From Candidatus Collierbacteria bacterium RIFOXYD2_FULL_45_13 (lineage in GTDB: Bacteria > Patescibacteriota > Microgenomatia > UBA1400 > MFAQ01): a stretch of 64,000 nucleotides of DNA. The DNA is taken from the NCBI GenBank assembly GCA_001774685.1, contig MFAS01000001.1, forward strand, positions 1,025,252-1,089,251, in the 5' to 3' direction. A program made the translations under genes and the position numbers. Shown here in pieces: positions 31,801-40,959 of the stretch; the first letter of the stretch is position 1; every line of letters begins with the position of its first letter. The notes beneath the pieces were generated by a model that saw only the letters and a program-made list of their open reading frames with translations, was not told the origin of the DNA and made no database searches.

Positions 31801-33341
31801 TCGTTTCTGAATACAAAAACAGGAACTGTACTACTGGCAATACTATTAACTAAGTAGGCGTAGTTACTTGAGCTTCCGCCACCCATAGACAGTGTACCAC
31901 CGGCTACAGAAATATTACTATTGATTAGGCCATCGCCATTGATGGTTAGTTTTCCATTTACTGTGAGTGCTTGATTCCATTGGCTGTCACCAATAATTGC
32001 TTCTCCGTTGACTGTTAGCATTTTACTCGGTTCAGTTGTTCCAATCCCCACTCTTCCGGTTGACGTATCCACATACAGATCATCAGTATTGACGGCGAAG
32101 TCGCCGGTGGTGGAGAGGGCCACATTTAAGTTTTGTCCTGCAAGGGGGGTAATGGTTAAGGCACCGGAGGAGGAAAGACCGGTACCCATGTAAAAATTAC
32201 CAGAAGTGTCTATGTAACTTACTCTTGTTCCACTGTGTCCGTAAATATTGAGGGGGTAGTCAGTTGCCGGAGCGCTGGTAGCATCAGAGTAACCAAGAAT
32301 AATATCTCCATCTTCGTCGATCAGGGCTTTTTGGTAACCGGCAATGGCCAGGCCCAGGAGTTGGCCGTTGGCAGCACTGGTCGTGGGGTTAATAATGACT
32401 GAGCCTTGAGAGATAGTGGTATCGGTGGGGGCGTAGGAGAAGGTAGTTTGTCCGGAAAAGGCTTGGGAAGAGTTGGAATTAATGTTAGCCACCCAGAGGT
32501 TGTTGAAGCGTTTGGTGGTCGACCCCAGATCACTACCCAAATCCGTATCCGGTAGGAAGGATTCCCCGTTGGTAATGGTGGCGTTGCCAAAGGTCAAGGT
32601 GTCCACAACTACACTGTCCGTAGTGGTTGTTAAGCCCACACTTGTACCATTGTCTGTCCAACCGGAGAGTGCATAATTTGGTTCTACTGCCGTAAAGGTA
32701 ATCTTGTCATTGGTGGCATCGGTGGTAATGGTTACACCACTACCAGCAAAGGTTAAGGTGTCACCATTTGTGTCTGTAACCACATCACTTTGTCCGCTGA
32801 CACTGATGGTTTTGAAAATACTTTGGGAAGAGCCTGTGTCTGAGTTGGTGACTTCGTTACCACTGACACTAATACCACCACCAGCCGAGAGGGACCGTAT
32901 GCCGGAGTTGCTGATCTTCAGTCCGTCAATGGAAATGCCGTCACCGGCAGATAGAGTCAAGTCTCCCGTCTTCGTCTGCAGTGAAGTAACACCCGTATTG
33001 GTCAGTGTTGGTGTCTGCCCCAAAGAAATACTGATTCCCTTACCGGCAGTTAGAGAATAGATGATATTGGGAGCAGAAATATCTTGTAGGAATGTGGCCA
33101 GCCCCGAGAAGGTAGTCGTGTCGGCAAACTGTGCCGGGACATTGATGGAAAAGATATAGTTAGCAGGAGATTCTTCAGCCGTTGTGTCAGCCAAGACACT
33201 CCCTGGAGTAGTACTCTCACCCAATACTTGAGTAGACCTTTCAGCCATCACTAGTCGTATTTCCTTGAAGCAGATTACCAATCCAACCAGTACCAGCGGT
33301 ATAGACAGGAGATATTGTAGTTTACCAAACTTGGTAGTCAT
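28836..33341 (-). CDS. Large surface fibre/adhesin with a C-terminal S74-type intramolecular chaperone domain
   Basis: N-terminal TM; many GNVGIGTT.P repeats; SDINLKKDV...LRPVSYNW...GFIAQEV...PELV followed by a coiled coil. Confidence 0.88.
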   Translation of the reverse strand: MTTKFGKLQYLLSIPLVLVGLVICFKEIRLVMAERSTQVLGESTTPGSVLADTTAEESPANYIFSINVPAQFADTTTFSGLATFLQDISAPNIIYSLTAGKGISISLGQTPTLTNTGVTSLQTKTGDLTLSAGDGISIDGLKISNSGIRSLSAGGGISVSGNEVTNSDTGSSQSIFKTISVSGQSDVVTDTNGDTLTFAGSGVTITTDATNDKITFTAVEPNYALSGWTDNGTSVGLTTTTDSVVVDTLTFGNATITNGESFLPDTDLGSDLGSTTKRFNNLWVANINSNSSQAFSGQTTFSYAPTDTTISQGSVIINPTTSAANGQLLGLAIAGYQKALIDEDGDIILGYSDATSAPATDYPLNIYGHSGTRVSYIDTSGNFYMGTGLSSSGALTITPLAGQNLNVALSTTGDFAVNTDDLYVDTSTGRVGIGTTEPSKMLTVNGEAIIGDSQWNQALTVNGKLTINGDGLINSNISVAGGTLSMGGGSSSNYAYLVNSIASSTVPVFVFRNDLNTGLGSAGSDIASLIAGGTNILNVTTTGVGIGTTAPTSKLHVSGAVTGKALAIFDETGNQNILVASASGSTKLTLDRSGNLTAYGTVQAGTASNYIYMSTGGIGTQGNTNPWSINYTNGSSNGASITLGSTAYGLDFYGGGYNSGGDVSVWTWTGNPTDSTHAERLTIKASTGNVGIGTTAPTGKLHVSGAVTGKALAIFDETGNQNILVASASGTPKLVIDRTGKMTIGGTDTTYNTLNLAAAATPRIGFSVPGGNDAQGYFNYIQRSTDGQTMRYNAGFNAGAGYGHIFSIDNGSEMMRIEANSRVGIKDSSPDGTLEVVKFSTDPLLMISSAAANDGDYLYIGNTGLVGIGTTAPGAPLEVVGTQVNIYNNSTNHGRLYIGNSNATAADNLGGYLYIGKFNAVPGSDNPLGAVYFYAKTTDSVTHVAGFQSTVVTGSTTRSLMTGNFDIMTKPSGVDDPVTRIRIDQNGLIGIGTTSPTQLLSLDGTAARTIWMERNTTAATAGQGLTLSSGGAISGTADLAGGDLTLKSGISTGTGTSALHLYTATAGSTGTSDNTPTEKMTILGSGNVGIGTTNPGYKLEVVGTSHFSGALTLNNTLYLNDSFTSSNYISNNTQVTTYASGYNKSSTYGHRFLIDGSEYFRIGTNEYPDDQTRARIILSNDSDTYWINPAANTFAWVTGGTERLRIDSSGNVGIGTTAPTSKLHVTGAVTGKALAIFDQTGDQNILTASSSGVTKFTIGNDGTVTTTLGTGTVYSNSGVLTNTDPSDINLKKDVLSLGDDTLDKVLGLRPVSYNWKSTGDGALGFIAQEVRDVFPELVGSNNDGTLGLYTTQLIPVLAKAIQEQQLLIDEIALSSRSAAISESQWNSLSDLANSLSVAIENLKDRIMAIETRLTEMADKLFAKEATFTTLCVGDVNNKTCLTKEQVDRVIQSLPATPSATLTAPQLDGQTTPTSEVSPTPTSTPTPIPETTPVASESAQTL
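29587..31716 (-). repeat. Three ~125-bp internal direct repeats in the fibre gene
   Basis: GIGTTAPT.KLHV.GAVTGKALAIFD.TG.QNIL.AS.SG at about 29587-29714, 31153-31280 and 31591-31716. Confidence 0.85.
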
Positions 33342-33465
33342 GACTTAGTCAAAGCTTTTCAGGCATATGGCACAACACGCCACAACCGATGGCTGAACAT
33401 AAGTTTCAGTATATAGATTATCGGGGGAAATGGGTATATGTCAGAATAGGTCAGATACCACTTCT

Positions 33466-34197
33466 TTACTGCGCTGGCGTGGGAGATATTTCTAAGGTAG
33501 GAATGATTTCCACTGTAGGAGTTGGACTTACCTGTGTAAGTTTGAGATTTGCCCCCACAATCACCAACAAATCTACTTGTTGAGTTCCGGTCATTGGAAC
33601 CACTTCCCCTTCTGGAAGCACGGAAACTACTCCACCTATTAAATCAGCCATCTGTTTAGCCAGTTCCGGTTTCTTTCCGGATATATCGACCACCACACTC
33701 TTTGCATAATCATTCTTTTTCGCCGATTCTTCACCTAATACATTTATATTTGTCACCTGAGCCTTAATCGAAGCCGAAAAGGTTTTTGCCAGGCCAACCG
33801 TCGCTGTTCCATTCAGGACTACTATATTTATCGGTGCCTGAGATTCACCCAAATTTATCGGAGCAATATCTACGATTCTCCCGGTTGACGGACGAAACAA
33901 AATAGCCTTCCCTGATTTTGTGTAGATAATCACCTTGTCCCCATTTTCCGCTCTGGCAAAAAAGGGTTGGTCTTTCAGCTTCTCTTTGTCGAGAACTGTA
34001 GCGACCGAAGGTTCTTCGTCGGGCAAATCCATAAATTTGGATAGTGCTTTAGTCACCGTCTTGATTTCCTCTTTTGATGCTGCTGTCGGATCTTTCAATA
34101 GTTTCTGAGCTCTTCTATTTTGGTTAAAGAAATAAGCCGTGCTAGACAGAGATACCAAGGATACCAAAATTAAAAGAAACACAAGTATTTTTTTCAT
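33466..34197 (-). CDS. Membrane-anchored LytR C-terminal domain protein
   Basis: N-terminal TM; IVVLNGT.TVGLA...DLLVIVG LytR_C pattern. Confidence 0.82.
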   Translation of the reverse strand: MKKILVFLLILVSLVSLSSTAYFFNQNRRAQKLLKDPTAASKEEIKTVTKALSKFMDLPDEEPSVATVLDKEKLKDQPFFARAENGDKVIIYTKSGKAILFRPSTGRIVDIAPINLGESQAPINIVVLNGTATVGLAKTFSASIKAQVTNINVLGEESAKKNDYAKSVVVDISGKKPELAKQMADLIGGVVSVLPEGEVVPMTGTQQVDLLVIVGANLKLTQVSPTPTVEIIPTLEISPTPAQ

Positions 34198-34247
34198 AGT
34201 GTGGTCTTATTCTAATACTTTTTTCTCCTATTACAAGCGCTTGCCAC

Positions 34248-36506
34248 CTAAACAGCAACCATCTCTTTTTCCGCTCGCTTCAGGAGTACCGCATTTGTCG
34301 CCACAATGATCGAAGACACACTCATTAGTAGCGCCGAGACTTCAGGTCGGAGCGAAATACCATAAGCCGGATACAAAACACCGGCAGCCACCGGAATCGC
34401 CAGCAGATTGTAGATCGAAGCCCAAAAAAGATTTTGTTTCATTTTTCGTACCGTCGCCTTAGAAAGTTTTATTGCCCGAAGAATATCTGCCGGATCAGAC
34501 TTCATCAGCACCACCCTGGCCGTTTCAATCGCCACGTCCGTCCCTGCTCCAATGGCGATACCAACATCCGACTGAGCCAAGGCCGGGGCATCATTCACCC
34601 CATCCCCCACCATGGCAACAAACTTGCCTTCATCTTGTAATTTTTTAACATAAGAAGCTTTCTCTCCGGGCAGTACCTCAGCAAAAATTCTCTCGATTCC
34701 TAGTTGCTTCCCAATCGCTTCCGCAGTTTTTTGATTGTCTCCGGTGATCATGGCCACTTCCAGTCCCATTTCTTTCATTCGAGTTACTGCCAGCTTGGCA
34801 TTTTCTTTTACCGGGTCAGACGCCGCCGCTACCCCCGCCAGCTTTTTATTCACCGCAAGTATCATTATCGTTTTTCCTTCAGACAAGAGCCTATCTATCT
34901 CACTCTTCAGGGTCGTTGTATCAACTTTATAATCTTTCATCAGTTTTTCGGTACCTACCAAGACATGCTTACCTGCCACCACCGCCTCCACTCCATGCCC
35001 CGCCAAGTTCTTAAATTTTTCCACCTTTGTCGAAATAGTTATTTTTCTTCTCTTCGCCTCTTCCAATATCGCCAAGCTCAACGGGTGAGATGACTTTGCT
35101 TCCACCGCTCCATCGAGACCAATAATTTCATTTTCAGTAAAGCCACTTGCCGCAATCACATCCGTAATTCTCGGCTTTCCTTCCGTTAGTGTTCCGGTCT
35201 TGTCTAGCACTACTGCTTGAATTTTTGAAACCTGTTCCAGGGTAGGCGCATCTTTGATCAAGATATTATGTTTTGCTCCCAACCCTGTCCCTACCGCTAC
35301 CGCTGTCGGTGTTGCCAGTCCGAGCGCATCCGGGCAAGCTATAACTATCGCCGAGATAGCAAAAGTCAGAGCCAGCATCAGTGGTTGACCAAGTACAAAG
35401 TACCAAACCAAGAATGTAATCAGACCTCCGCCTACCGCCACGATGACCAGATACTGAGCAAATCTATCTGCAATTTTTTGTCCTGGCGCTTTCGAGTTCT
35501 GAGCTGTCTCCACCATCTTGACGATCTGAGCGAGTGCAGTGTCTTCTCCTATTTTTGTCGCTTTGAATCGTACCGAGCCCGAAGTATTTATCGAACCGCC
35601 AATCACCTTATCACTCACATTTTTTACGACTGGTAGTGACTCCCCTGTTACGAGTGATTCGTCGATCGCTGTTTCTCCTTCGGTAATTTCTCCATCCACC
35701 GGCACTTTGTCCCCGGGTTTCAGAATCAGAATGTCGCCAAGTCTTACTTCAGATGTTGCTATCAGAGATTCTTTTCCGTTCTTCCACAGTCTGGCTTGAG
35801 GTGGCACCAGATCAAAAAGTGCTTGGAGGGCATCAGTCGTCCCTCTTCGGCTTTTCATCTCCATCCAGTGGCCAAACAAAACAAAGGTGGTGAGCATGGC
35901 TGCCGCTTCATAAAAAGACTCCTCACTCCCCAGCAGTGTGAGCACCACACTAAAAGCATAAGCCGCTGTTATACCTACAGCGATGAGCACCGCCATGTTT
36001 AATGCCTTGGCTTGTAATGCCTTGTAAGTAGAGTACAGAAAAATCCAGCCGGAATAAAAATAAACCGGTGTAGTTAAGAAGAACATTATCCAGCTCGCAG
36101 AAATCGGCATCGGCAGCTTCAATCCAAATATATTTGTTCCGAGAGGAGAATAAGCCACTATCGGTATGGTCAAAAGAAGGGACACAAAAAATTTATTTCG
36201 AATATCTTCTTCCATCATCTTCGCCATTTCCCGGCCGGCCAATCCGGTGTGTTCCATTCCCATCGCCATGGTCATACTCATTTTAAATTTTTCCCAAAAT
36301 GACATTTTTACACCGGGCTTCATCTCATGCTCCATCACCTGGTCACCATGACCCTTTTTATTGTGGTCCATTTTCATCTCCCCACCTGCAGGGCCTGGCC
36401 CTGCAGGCTTGTCATGTTTCATCACAAGCTCCATTCCGCACTTGGGGCACTTCCCTGGTTTGTCTAAGATAACCTCTGTGTGCATCGGACAGGTGTAGTT
36501 CATCAT
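34248..36506 (-). CDS. Copper-type P1B ATPase with an N-terminal YTCPMH/CPKCGM domain and His/Met-rich linker
   Basis: TGES, CPD, DKTGT, HP, GDGVND, YN and MSVSS motifs. Confidence 0.95.
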   Translation of the reverse strand: MMNYTCPMHTEVILDKPGKCPKCGMELVMKHDKPAGPGPAGGEMKMDHNKKGHGDQVMEHEMKPGVKMSFWEKFKMSMTMAMGMEHTGLAGREMAKMMEEDIRNKFFVSLLLTIPIVAYSPLGTNIFGLKLPMPISASWIMFFLTTPVYFYSGWIFLYSTYKALQAKALNMAVLIAVGITAAYAFSVVLTLLGSEESFYEAAAMLTTFVLFGHWMEMKSRRGTTDALQALFDLVPPQARLWKNGKESLIATSEVRLGDILILKPGDKVPVDGEITEGETAIDESLVTGESLPVVKNVSDKVIGGSINTSGSVRFKATKIGEDTALAQIVKMVETAQNSKAPGQKIADRFAQYLVIVAVGGGLITFLVWYFVLGQPLMLALTFAISAIVIACPDALGLATPTAVAVGTGLGAKHNILIKDAPTLEQVSKIQAVVLDKTGTLTEGKPRITDVIAASGFTENEIIGLDGAVEAKSSHPLSLAILEEAKRRKITISTKVEKFKNLAGHGVEAVVAGKHVLVGTEKLMKDYKVDTTTLKSEIDRLLSEGKTIMILAVNKKLAGVAAASDPVKENAKLAVTRMKEMGLEVAMITGDNQKTAEAIGKQLGIERIFAEVLPGEKASYVKKLQDEGKFVAMVGDGVNDAPALAQSDVGIAIGAGTDVAIETARVVLMKSDPADILRAIKLSKATVRKMKQNLFWASIYNLLAIPVAAGVLYPAYGISLRPEVSALLMSVSSIIVATNAVLLKRAEKEMVAV
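36385..36407. repeat. RAYT-associated palindrome in frame in the ATPase
   Basis: CCTGCAGGGCCTGGCCCTGCAGG, encodes PAGPGPAG. Confidence 0.85.
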
Positions 36507-36560
36507 TTCATTTTATCCTTTTTCAAATATTTTGGTCTCTTCCCAATTTACTCCAAATCA

Positions 36561-36575
36561 ACTACAATTTGTAGT
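36561..36575. promoter_or_regulatory. BlaI/CopY-type operator (N3 spacing)
   Basis: ACTACA-ATT-TGTAGT between divergent genes. Confidence 0.7.
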
Positions 36576-36580
36576 AGCTT

Positions 36581-36889
36581 ATGAAAAAAGCTATTGGCAC
36601 TATCTTTCCATTTCTAATAATTCATCTCATTTGCTGCGGCAGTATTCTTCTGTTTCTTATCAGTTCCGGCTATTTATTACTACTTTCCAACGAAAGTCAA
36701 AACAAATGGTTTCTCCTCCCCAGCCTTCTCGCTCTTTTCCTTGCGTGGCGGGAACTAAACAAAATTGAACAAAAACCTTGGAAGATACTACTAACCGTTA
36801 TTATTTATCTGATCATCAGTTACATTTTTATTACTTATTTATTCATCCCTTGGTGGATACCGGGCTATGAAGGTGGACCATTACTCTAA
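36581..36889 (+). CDS. Small membrane protein with an HLICCG motif (possible metal binding)
   Basis: Three TMs, Cys pair, located in the copper island. Confidence 0.7.
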   Translation: MKKAIGTIFPFLIIHLICCGSILLFLISSGYLLLLSNESQNKWFLLPSLLALFLAWRELNKIEQKPWKILLTVIIYLIISYIFITYLFIPWWIPGYEGGPLL

Positions 36890-37637
36890 CTTGAAAAATA
36901 CCAATCGGACACGCTTTTGGCAAATAGATGCTGTCCGTGGCTTAGCCGTCGTGGGTATGGTCATTTATCACCTACTTTTTGATCTCGAATATCTTTTTCA
37001 GCTTCCTCTAAATGTTAGTCATCTGCCTCTCATTGCATTAGCCAGATCAGTAGCGGTGACCTTTATTCTACTTATCGGCTTTTCTGTCGCCCTCAAATTT
37101 GAAACAATCAAGCGGTACGGACCAAAGCAGGTCATTCTCGCGTTTGTAAAAAAAGCAGTCACGATTTCTCTTTACGCTCTGCTCATAACCTTAGTCACCT
37201 ATCTAATTTTTCCACAGGGAACCATCATCTTCGGCATTCTCCATTTTATATCCCTATCGTTAGTGCTCCTGATACCTTTCCTATATCTACGCTCAAACGG
37301 GTTGGTGGCTCTATTAGCCACCGTTACTTTTGTTCTTGGTCTGGCAGTTCCTAATGTCACAGCTTCTCACAGCTGGCTCCTCATTCTCGGAATGACATCT
37401 TCCACTTTTTCCAGTCTCGACTACTTTCCCCTTCTCCCATGGTTCGCAGTCGTACTTTTTGGATTAGTTCTGGGCCGGAAATACTCACCTGCCCTCCAAA
37501 AACCAAGTCCTTCAAAAACTCCCCCATTATTTTTGTATAGAATAGTTTCTAAGCTCGGCAAACACTCTCTACCTATATATCTATGGCATCAGCCGGTGCT
37601 TTGGACTATATTATTTGTTATCAAATACTTCTTATGA
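36867..37637 (+). CDS. DUF1624/heparan-alpha-glucosaminide N-acetyltransferase-like membrane protein
   Basis: IDAVRGLAVVGMVIYH, FGILHFI, DYFPLLPW, LGKHSL.IYL.HQP; true start may be TTG 36891. Confidence 0.85.
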   Translation: MKVDHYSNLKNTNRTRFWQIDAVRGLAVVGMVIYHLLFDLEYLFQLPLNVSHLPLIALARSVAVTFILLIGFSVALKFETIKRYGPKQVILAFVKKAVTISLYALLITLVTYLIFPQGTIIFGILHFISLSLVLLIPFLYLRSNGLVALLATVTFVLGLAVPNVTASHSWLLILGMTSSTFSSLDYFPLLPWFAVVLFGLVLGRKYSPALQKPSPSKTPPLFLYRIVSKLGKHSLPIYLWHQPVLWTILFVIKYFL

Positions 37638-37672
37638 ACCCACCTTCCCACCATTACGAAGAAACCATTTAA

Positions 37673-38056
37673 TTATTTACTTTCGTCAATAATCCCTCTA
37701 ATTACTGCATCAACCTCATCAGGCAGATTGCCCAGATCGGCCTCAGGAAAAAATTGAGGCAAAATGATCGGTCTCATCCCTGAAATATACGTCGCTCCAT
37801 CCTTCCGGTAGACATTTATCTTACATGGCAGACAAAGACCCATTTTAATGTCCGCTTGTAGTACCGCGTAAGCACTTTTGGCATTACAGATCTCAATAAT
37901 CTTCAAAGGCTCAATTTCCAAGCCTTTTTCTTTCAAGGTTTCAGCTACATCGTGAATATAAAGCACCCTAAAACCAGCCTTCAGTGTCTCCCGCTCAACC
38001 GCACCGACCGCTTCGTCAAATGATTTTTTTGTAGTAACAGTGTAATCAAAATTCAT
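37673..38056 (-). CDS. DUF302 family protein
   Basis: GF.VL..HDV...LK...IIEICN...LCLPCKI.VY. Confidence 0.88.
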   Translation of the reverse strand: MNFDYTVTTKKSFDEAVGAVERETLKAGFRVLYIHDVAETLKEKGLEIEPLKIIEICNAKSAYAVLQADIKMGLCLPCKINVYRKDGATYISGMRPIILPQFFPEADLGNLPDEVDAVIRGIIDESK

Positions 38057-38121
38057 AAAAATTATTAACTAATAACAACCATAACTTTATCACCTTCAGT
38101 CTTTTGTCACAGGCCTGCAGT

Positions 38122-38520
38122 CTATGGAACATTTACCACAAAGTCCTTGTTTTTAGTGCTTCCCTCCGGCATGCTTGCTGTGATACGGACACGCCAAGGT
38201 CCTTGCATCGAAAGATTTCCGGTGACTATGTATCGCCCTTTGCCCTGAGAGGTCGCGGTTGCTCGCTGGGTACCCATATTCATCGTGGTCATATTTAGAT
38301 CAAATGACACTGTGGCATTGTCAACAGGCTTACCGTCCGCACCCCTAACATTAATGATAAAAGTTGCTTGTCCAGGTTGTAATGGATTTGGATCGGTAGT
38401 AAGAGAAATCACTTCGCTATTGGTAGTCGCACCCAAAACCGAAGATTTTACCTTCCAACTCATGACACCAATTAACCCTACTGCAATTACAAACATCGTT
38501 AACAATATTTTATTGCTCAT
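38122..38520 (-). CDS. YtkA/FixH-like exported protein
   Basis: GKPVDNA.V...M..M.MG...G.Y...LSM.G.W pattern. Confidence 0.8.
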   Translation of the reverse strand: MSNKILLTMFVIAVGLIGVMSWKVKSSVLGATTNSEVISLTTDPNPLQPGQATFIINVRGADGKPVDNATVSFDLNMTTMNMGTQRATATSQGKGRYIVTGNLSMQGPWRVRITASMPEGSTKNKDFVVNVP

Positions 38521-38528
38521 CTTTATAT

Positions 38529-39014
38529 TTATTTTTTATAATTAACCACACACGATGAATTTCGACTTCTTATAAGCACAAAAAGAGAAACCGATAGGAG
38601 AAATATAGACAAGTAAGACAGTTCCGCTCCCCGATAAGGTAAATAAACGAGAGAACCACCGAGTCCTAGTAATGACAATATTGGCAGTCCGCAAGCCACA
38701 CACCCACTCCCCACAATTCCCAATAAAGAATTTCCACCCACCACTACTTGCAGCTTATCAAATTTATTAAGGACCACGATCTTCTCAAAAAGCAAACTAA
38801 GATTCGCACCAGTTAAGACCGCGATCAAAAACAAAATGACCAGTCCAGATAAAGTCATTGATGTCCACATACCCTGAATTAAAGCAAACAGGATCTGAAC
38901 TTTGTAACCAATTCCATAGCTACCTATCAAAGTATCTCTGGCCAAGCTACTATTCATCAGCAGGGTGACAAACAGTAGATAAAGACTGGAAATGGTAACA
39001 ATTGAGGCAAACAC
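38529..39014 (-). CDS. Membrane protein with a GCVACG motif
   Basis: Four TMs, CxxC, co-transcribed with the DsbA-like gene. Confidence 0.75.
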   Translation of the reverse strand: MFASIVTISSLYLLFVTLLMNSSLARDTLIGSYGIGYKVQILFALIQGMWTSMTLSGLVILFLIAVLTGANLSLLFEKIVVLNKFDKLQVVVGGNSLLGIVGSGCVACGLPILSLLGLGGSLVYLPYRGAELSYLSIFLLSVSLFVLIRSRNSSCVVNYKK

Positions 39015-39016
39015 GT

Positions 39017-39805
39017 TTACTTCAGCAATTCATCAATGATGGCCTTGAAAACGCTATACGGTTGAGCACCGACGATTTTAATACCATCAATCTCGCCATT
39101 ACTTGTGGACTTACCGATAAAGAAGGTCGGCGTACCTGAGGCTCCTACCTTTGCGGCATCAGCTAAATCTTTGTCCACTTCGGTCTTAAACTCACCGGAA
39201 TCCAAACACTGCTGAAATTTACTCACGTTTAGGCCCAGTTCTTTTGCGATGACTGGTAGTTGGTCAAGAGCCAAACCTGTCCCATTGGAGGTTGTTTTAG
39301 TAAAGATCTGATCGTGATATTTGAAGTACGCCGTGTCTCCGCCTTGCTTCCTGGCACACTCAGCCGCCTCAGCTTCCTTGGGGGCGTTTTGATGGAAACC
39401 AAGAGGCAAATCACGAAACACCATCTTAACTTTTCCGGTATCGATGTAGTCTTTTTTAATTTGTGGATAAGTATCGGTAAAATATTTTTTACAGAACGGG
39501 CATTCGTAGTCCGAAAATTCAATCAAGGTCACCTTAGCCTTTTTGTCTCCCAATATCGGGTCGTCATCCACAGATACTTTTACCGGTGCGCCGCTATCTT
39601 CCGGAGCTTGTTGAGCTGGCGGCGTATTCCTACTACCAGCTCCCAATACTGGTTGACCAACACCATTTTTAAGATACTTAACCTCGGTCCAAAGCGAACC
39701 CAGAAAAAAGGCCGCCACGATTAGAAGAACCACCAATGCTGGAGCATAACTGTTATGTTTTTGGTTGGGACTCGAAATCACTTTTTTTATTTTTTCGACT
39801 GACAT
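39017..39805 (-). CDS. DsbA/BdbD-family thioredoxin-fold oxidoreductase
   Basis: EFSDYECPFC, GTPTFF, GAQP; N-terminal TM. Confidence 0.93.
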   Translation of the reverse strand: MSVEKIKKVISSPNQKHNSYAPALVVLLIVAAFFLGSLWTEVKYLKNGVGQPVLGAGSRNTPPAQQAPEDSGAPVKVSVDDDPILGDKKAKVTLIEFSDYECPFCKKYFTDTYPQIKKDYIDTGKVKMVFRDLPLGFHQNAPKEAEAAECARKQGGDTAYFKYHDQIFTKTTSNGTGLALDQLPVIAKELGLNVSKFQQCLDSGEFKTEVDKDLADAAKVGASGTPTFFIGKSTSNGEIDGIKIVGAQPYSVFKAIIDELLK

Positions 39806-39838
39806 ATATTTTGGATGTAACTAATAAACAATTACCCT

Positions 39839-39852
39839 ACTACAAGTGTAGT
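39839..39852. promoter_or_regulatory. BlaI/CopY-type operator (N2) overlapping the -10 of the dsbA-like promoter
   Basis: ACTACA-AG-TGTAGT within TTGACA-N17-TACACT (minus strand). Confidence 0.75.
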
Positions 39853-39899
39853 AAGGAAATCAACAATTGTCAACAGAGGGTGTTGAATAACTTCGTCTT

Positions 39900-39969
39900 G
39901 TCATCCTCGCGAATGCGGGGATCTATATAAATAAGTTCCAGATGGATTCCCGATCAGGTCGGGAATGAC
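39900..39969. repeat. REP-like inverted pair
   Basis: GTCATCCTCGCGAATGCGGGGATC ... GATTCCCGATCAGGTCGGGAATGAC; the first half recurs at 41409-41432. Confidence 0.75.
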
Positions 39970-40008
39970 AAATAAATGCATTATTCAACGGTCTCGTCAA
40001 CACCAATT

Positions 40009-40959
40009 TTAGATATGGGAAAATAAAGCCTCCACCACCTTTGATTCACAGATGTTTGTACAGTTTTTATCCTTTGAACACAAAAGAATGGCGTCTCCGC
40101 CACCATTGTGATATTCAAATGCAGTAACTTGGCTGAGAGATAACCCCACCAGAACTACCAGGGAGACAAGGCTGACGACAATGTTAGTTACCGGAGATCT
40201 CCTTCTCTCGACTTTTTGATTAACCAATTTTTTAACTCTATACTCCAAAGTATCCCATTCTCCCAAAGAAGGGGCAAAATTAAAGGTATTTTTGTGGTCA
40301 TGGCTCAGCAGTTTTTTTAGTACCGATATTAATGATTTAGAATTTTTCATCCCCCTTATAGCCGCCCTATCAGCCTCAACCTCATTCAAAATGCGATATC
40401 TTTTTGAAACATCCGAAATAACTGGAAAGAATGGAAACATCGTTTGCACGACGGAAGCAAAAAGGCAAGTAAAAGCATCTTTGTTTTCTAGATGGTATCT
40501 TTCGTGTCTCATTACCGCTTCTAATTCAATCTCAGAAAGAATATTAACCAAACCTGTAGACACATAAATCTTAGTATTAATAAAACCAAAACAAAAAGCA
40601 GAGGGGTGATCACTCAAATAAACAGATAGCTTGTTTTGAAGACCTAGTTTTTTAGCCATCCTTTTAATTACAGGGCTTCGAACAGTTGATGCAGACAGAT
40701 CTCTGCCAATCTTCGAGGTCTTTACCATAGTCGCCACTAACTTTATAGTTATATACATAAGCATAACCAGAAACACCATCAGACTGGCTTCTCCTAAATT
40801 ATTTGGCAGTCGTATTGGCAAACCATCAATCACCTGCTGGCAGTAGTAAATCGACTGGTGAAAAAATATGAGAACATACTTCCGGAAAAGGCTTCCCAAC
40901 ATCATGCTAGAGAAAGCAAAAAAACCAATCAGAACCATGAAGTATCTATTTACTTTCAT
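40009..40959 (-). CDS. M56 (BlaR1-like) membrane zinc peptidase, no penicillin-sensor domain
   Basis: SAFCFGF...IYVSTG...HERYH...E.EAD; Cys-rich C-terminus. Confidence 0.88.
   Translation of the reverse strand: MKVNRYFMVLIGFFAFSSMMLGSLFRKYVLIFFHQSIYYCQQVIDGLPIRLPNNLGEASLMVFLVMLMYITIKLVATMVKTSKIGRDLSASTVRSPVIKRMAKKLGLQNKLSVYLSDHPSAFCFGFINTKIYVSTGLVNILSEIELEAVMRHERYHLENKDAFTCLFASVVQTMFPFFPVISDVSKRYRILNEVEADRAAIRGMKNSKSLISVLKKLLSHDHKNTFNFAPSLGEWDTLEYRVKKLVNQKVERRRSPVTNIVVSLVSLVVLVGLSLSQVTAFEYHNGGGDAILLCSKDKNCTNICESKVVEALFSHI

Noticed and set aside
28836-33341. Prophage tail gene
   Set aside because: It has an N-terminal membrane anchor, is coupled to ATPase genes, and has no terminase, capsid or integrase nearby.
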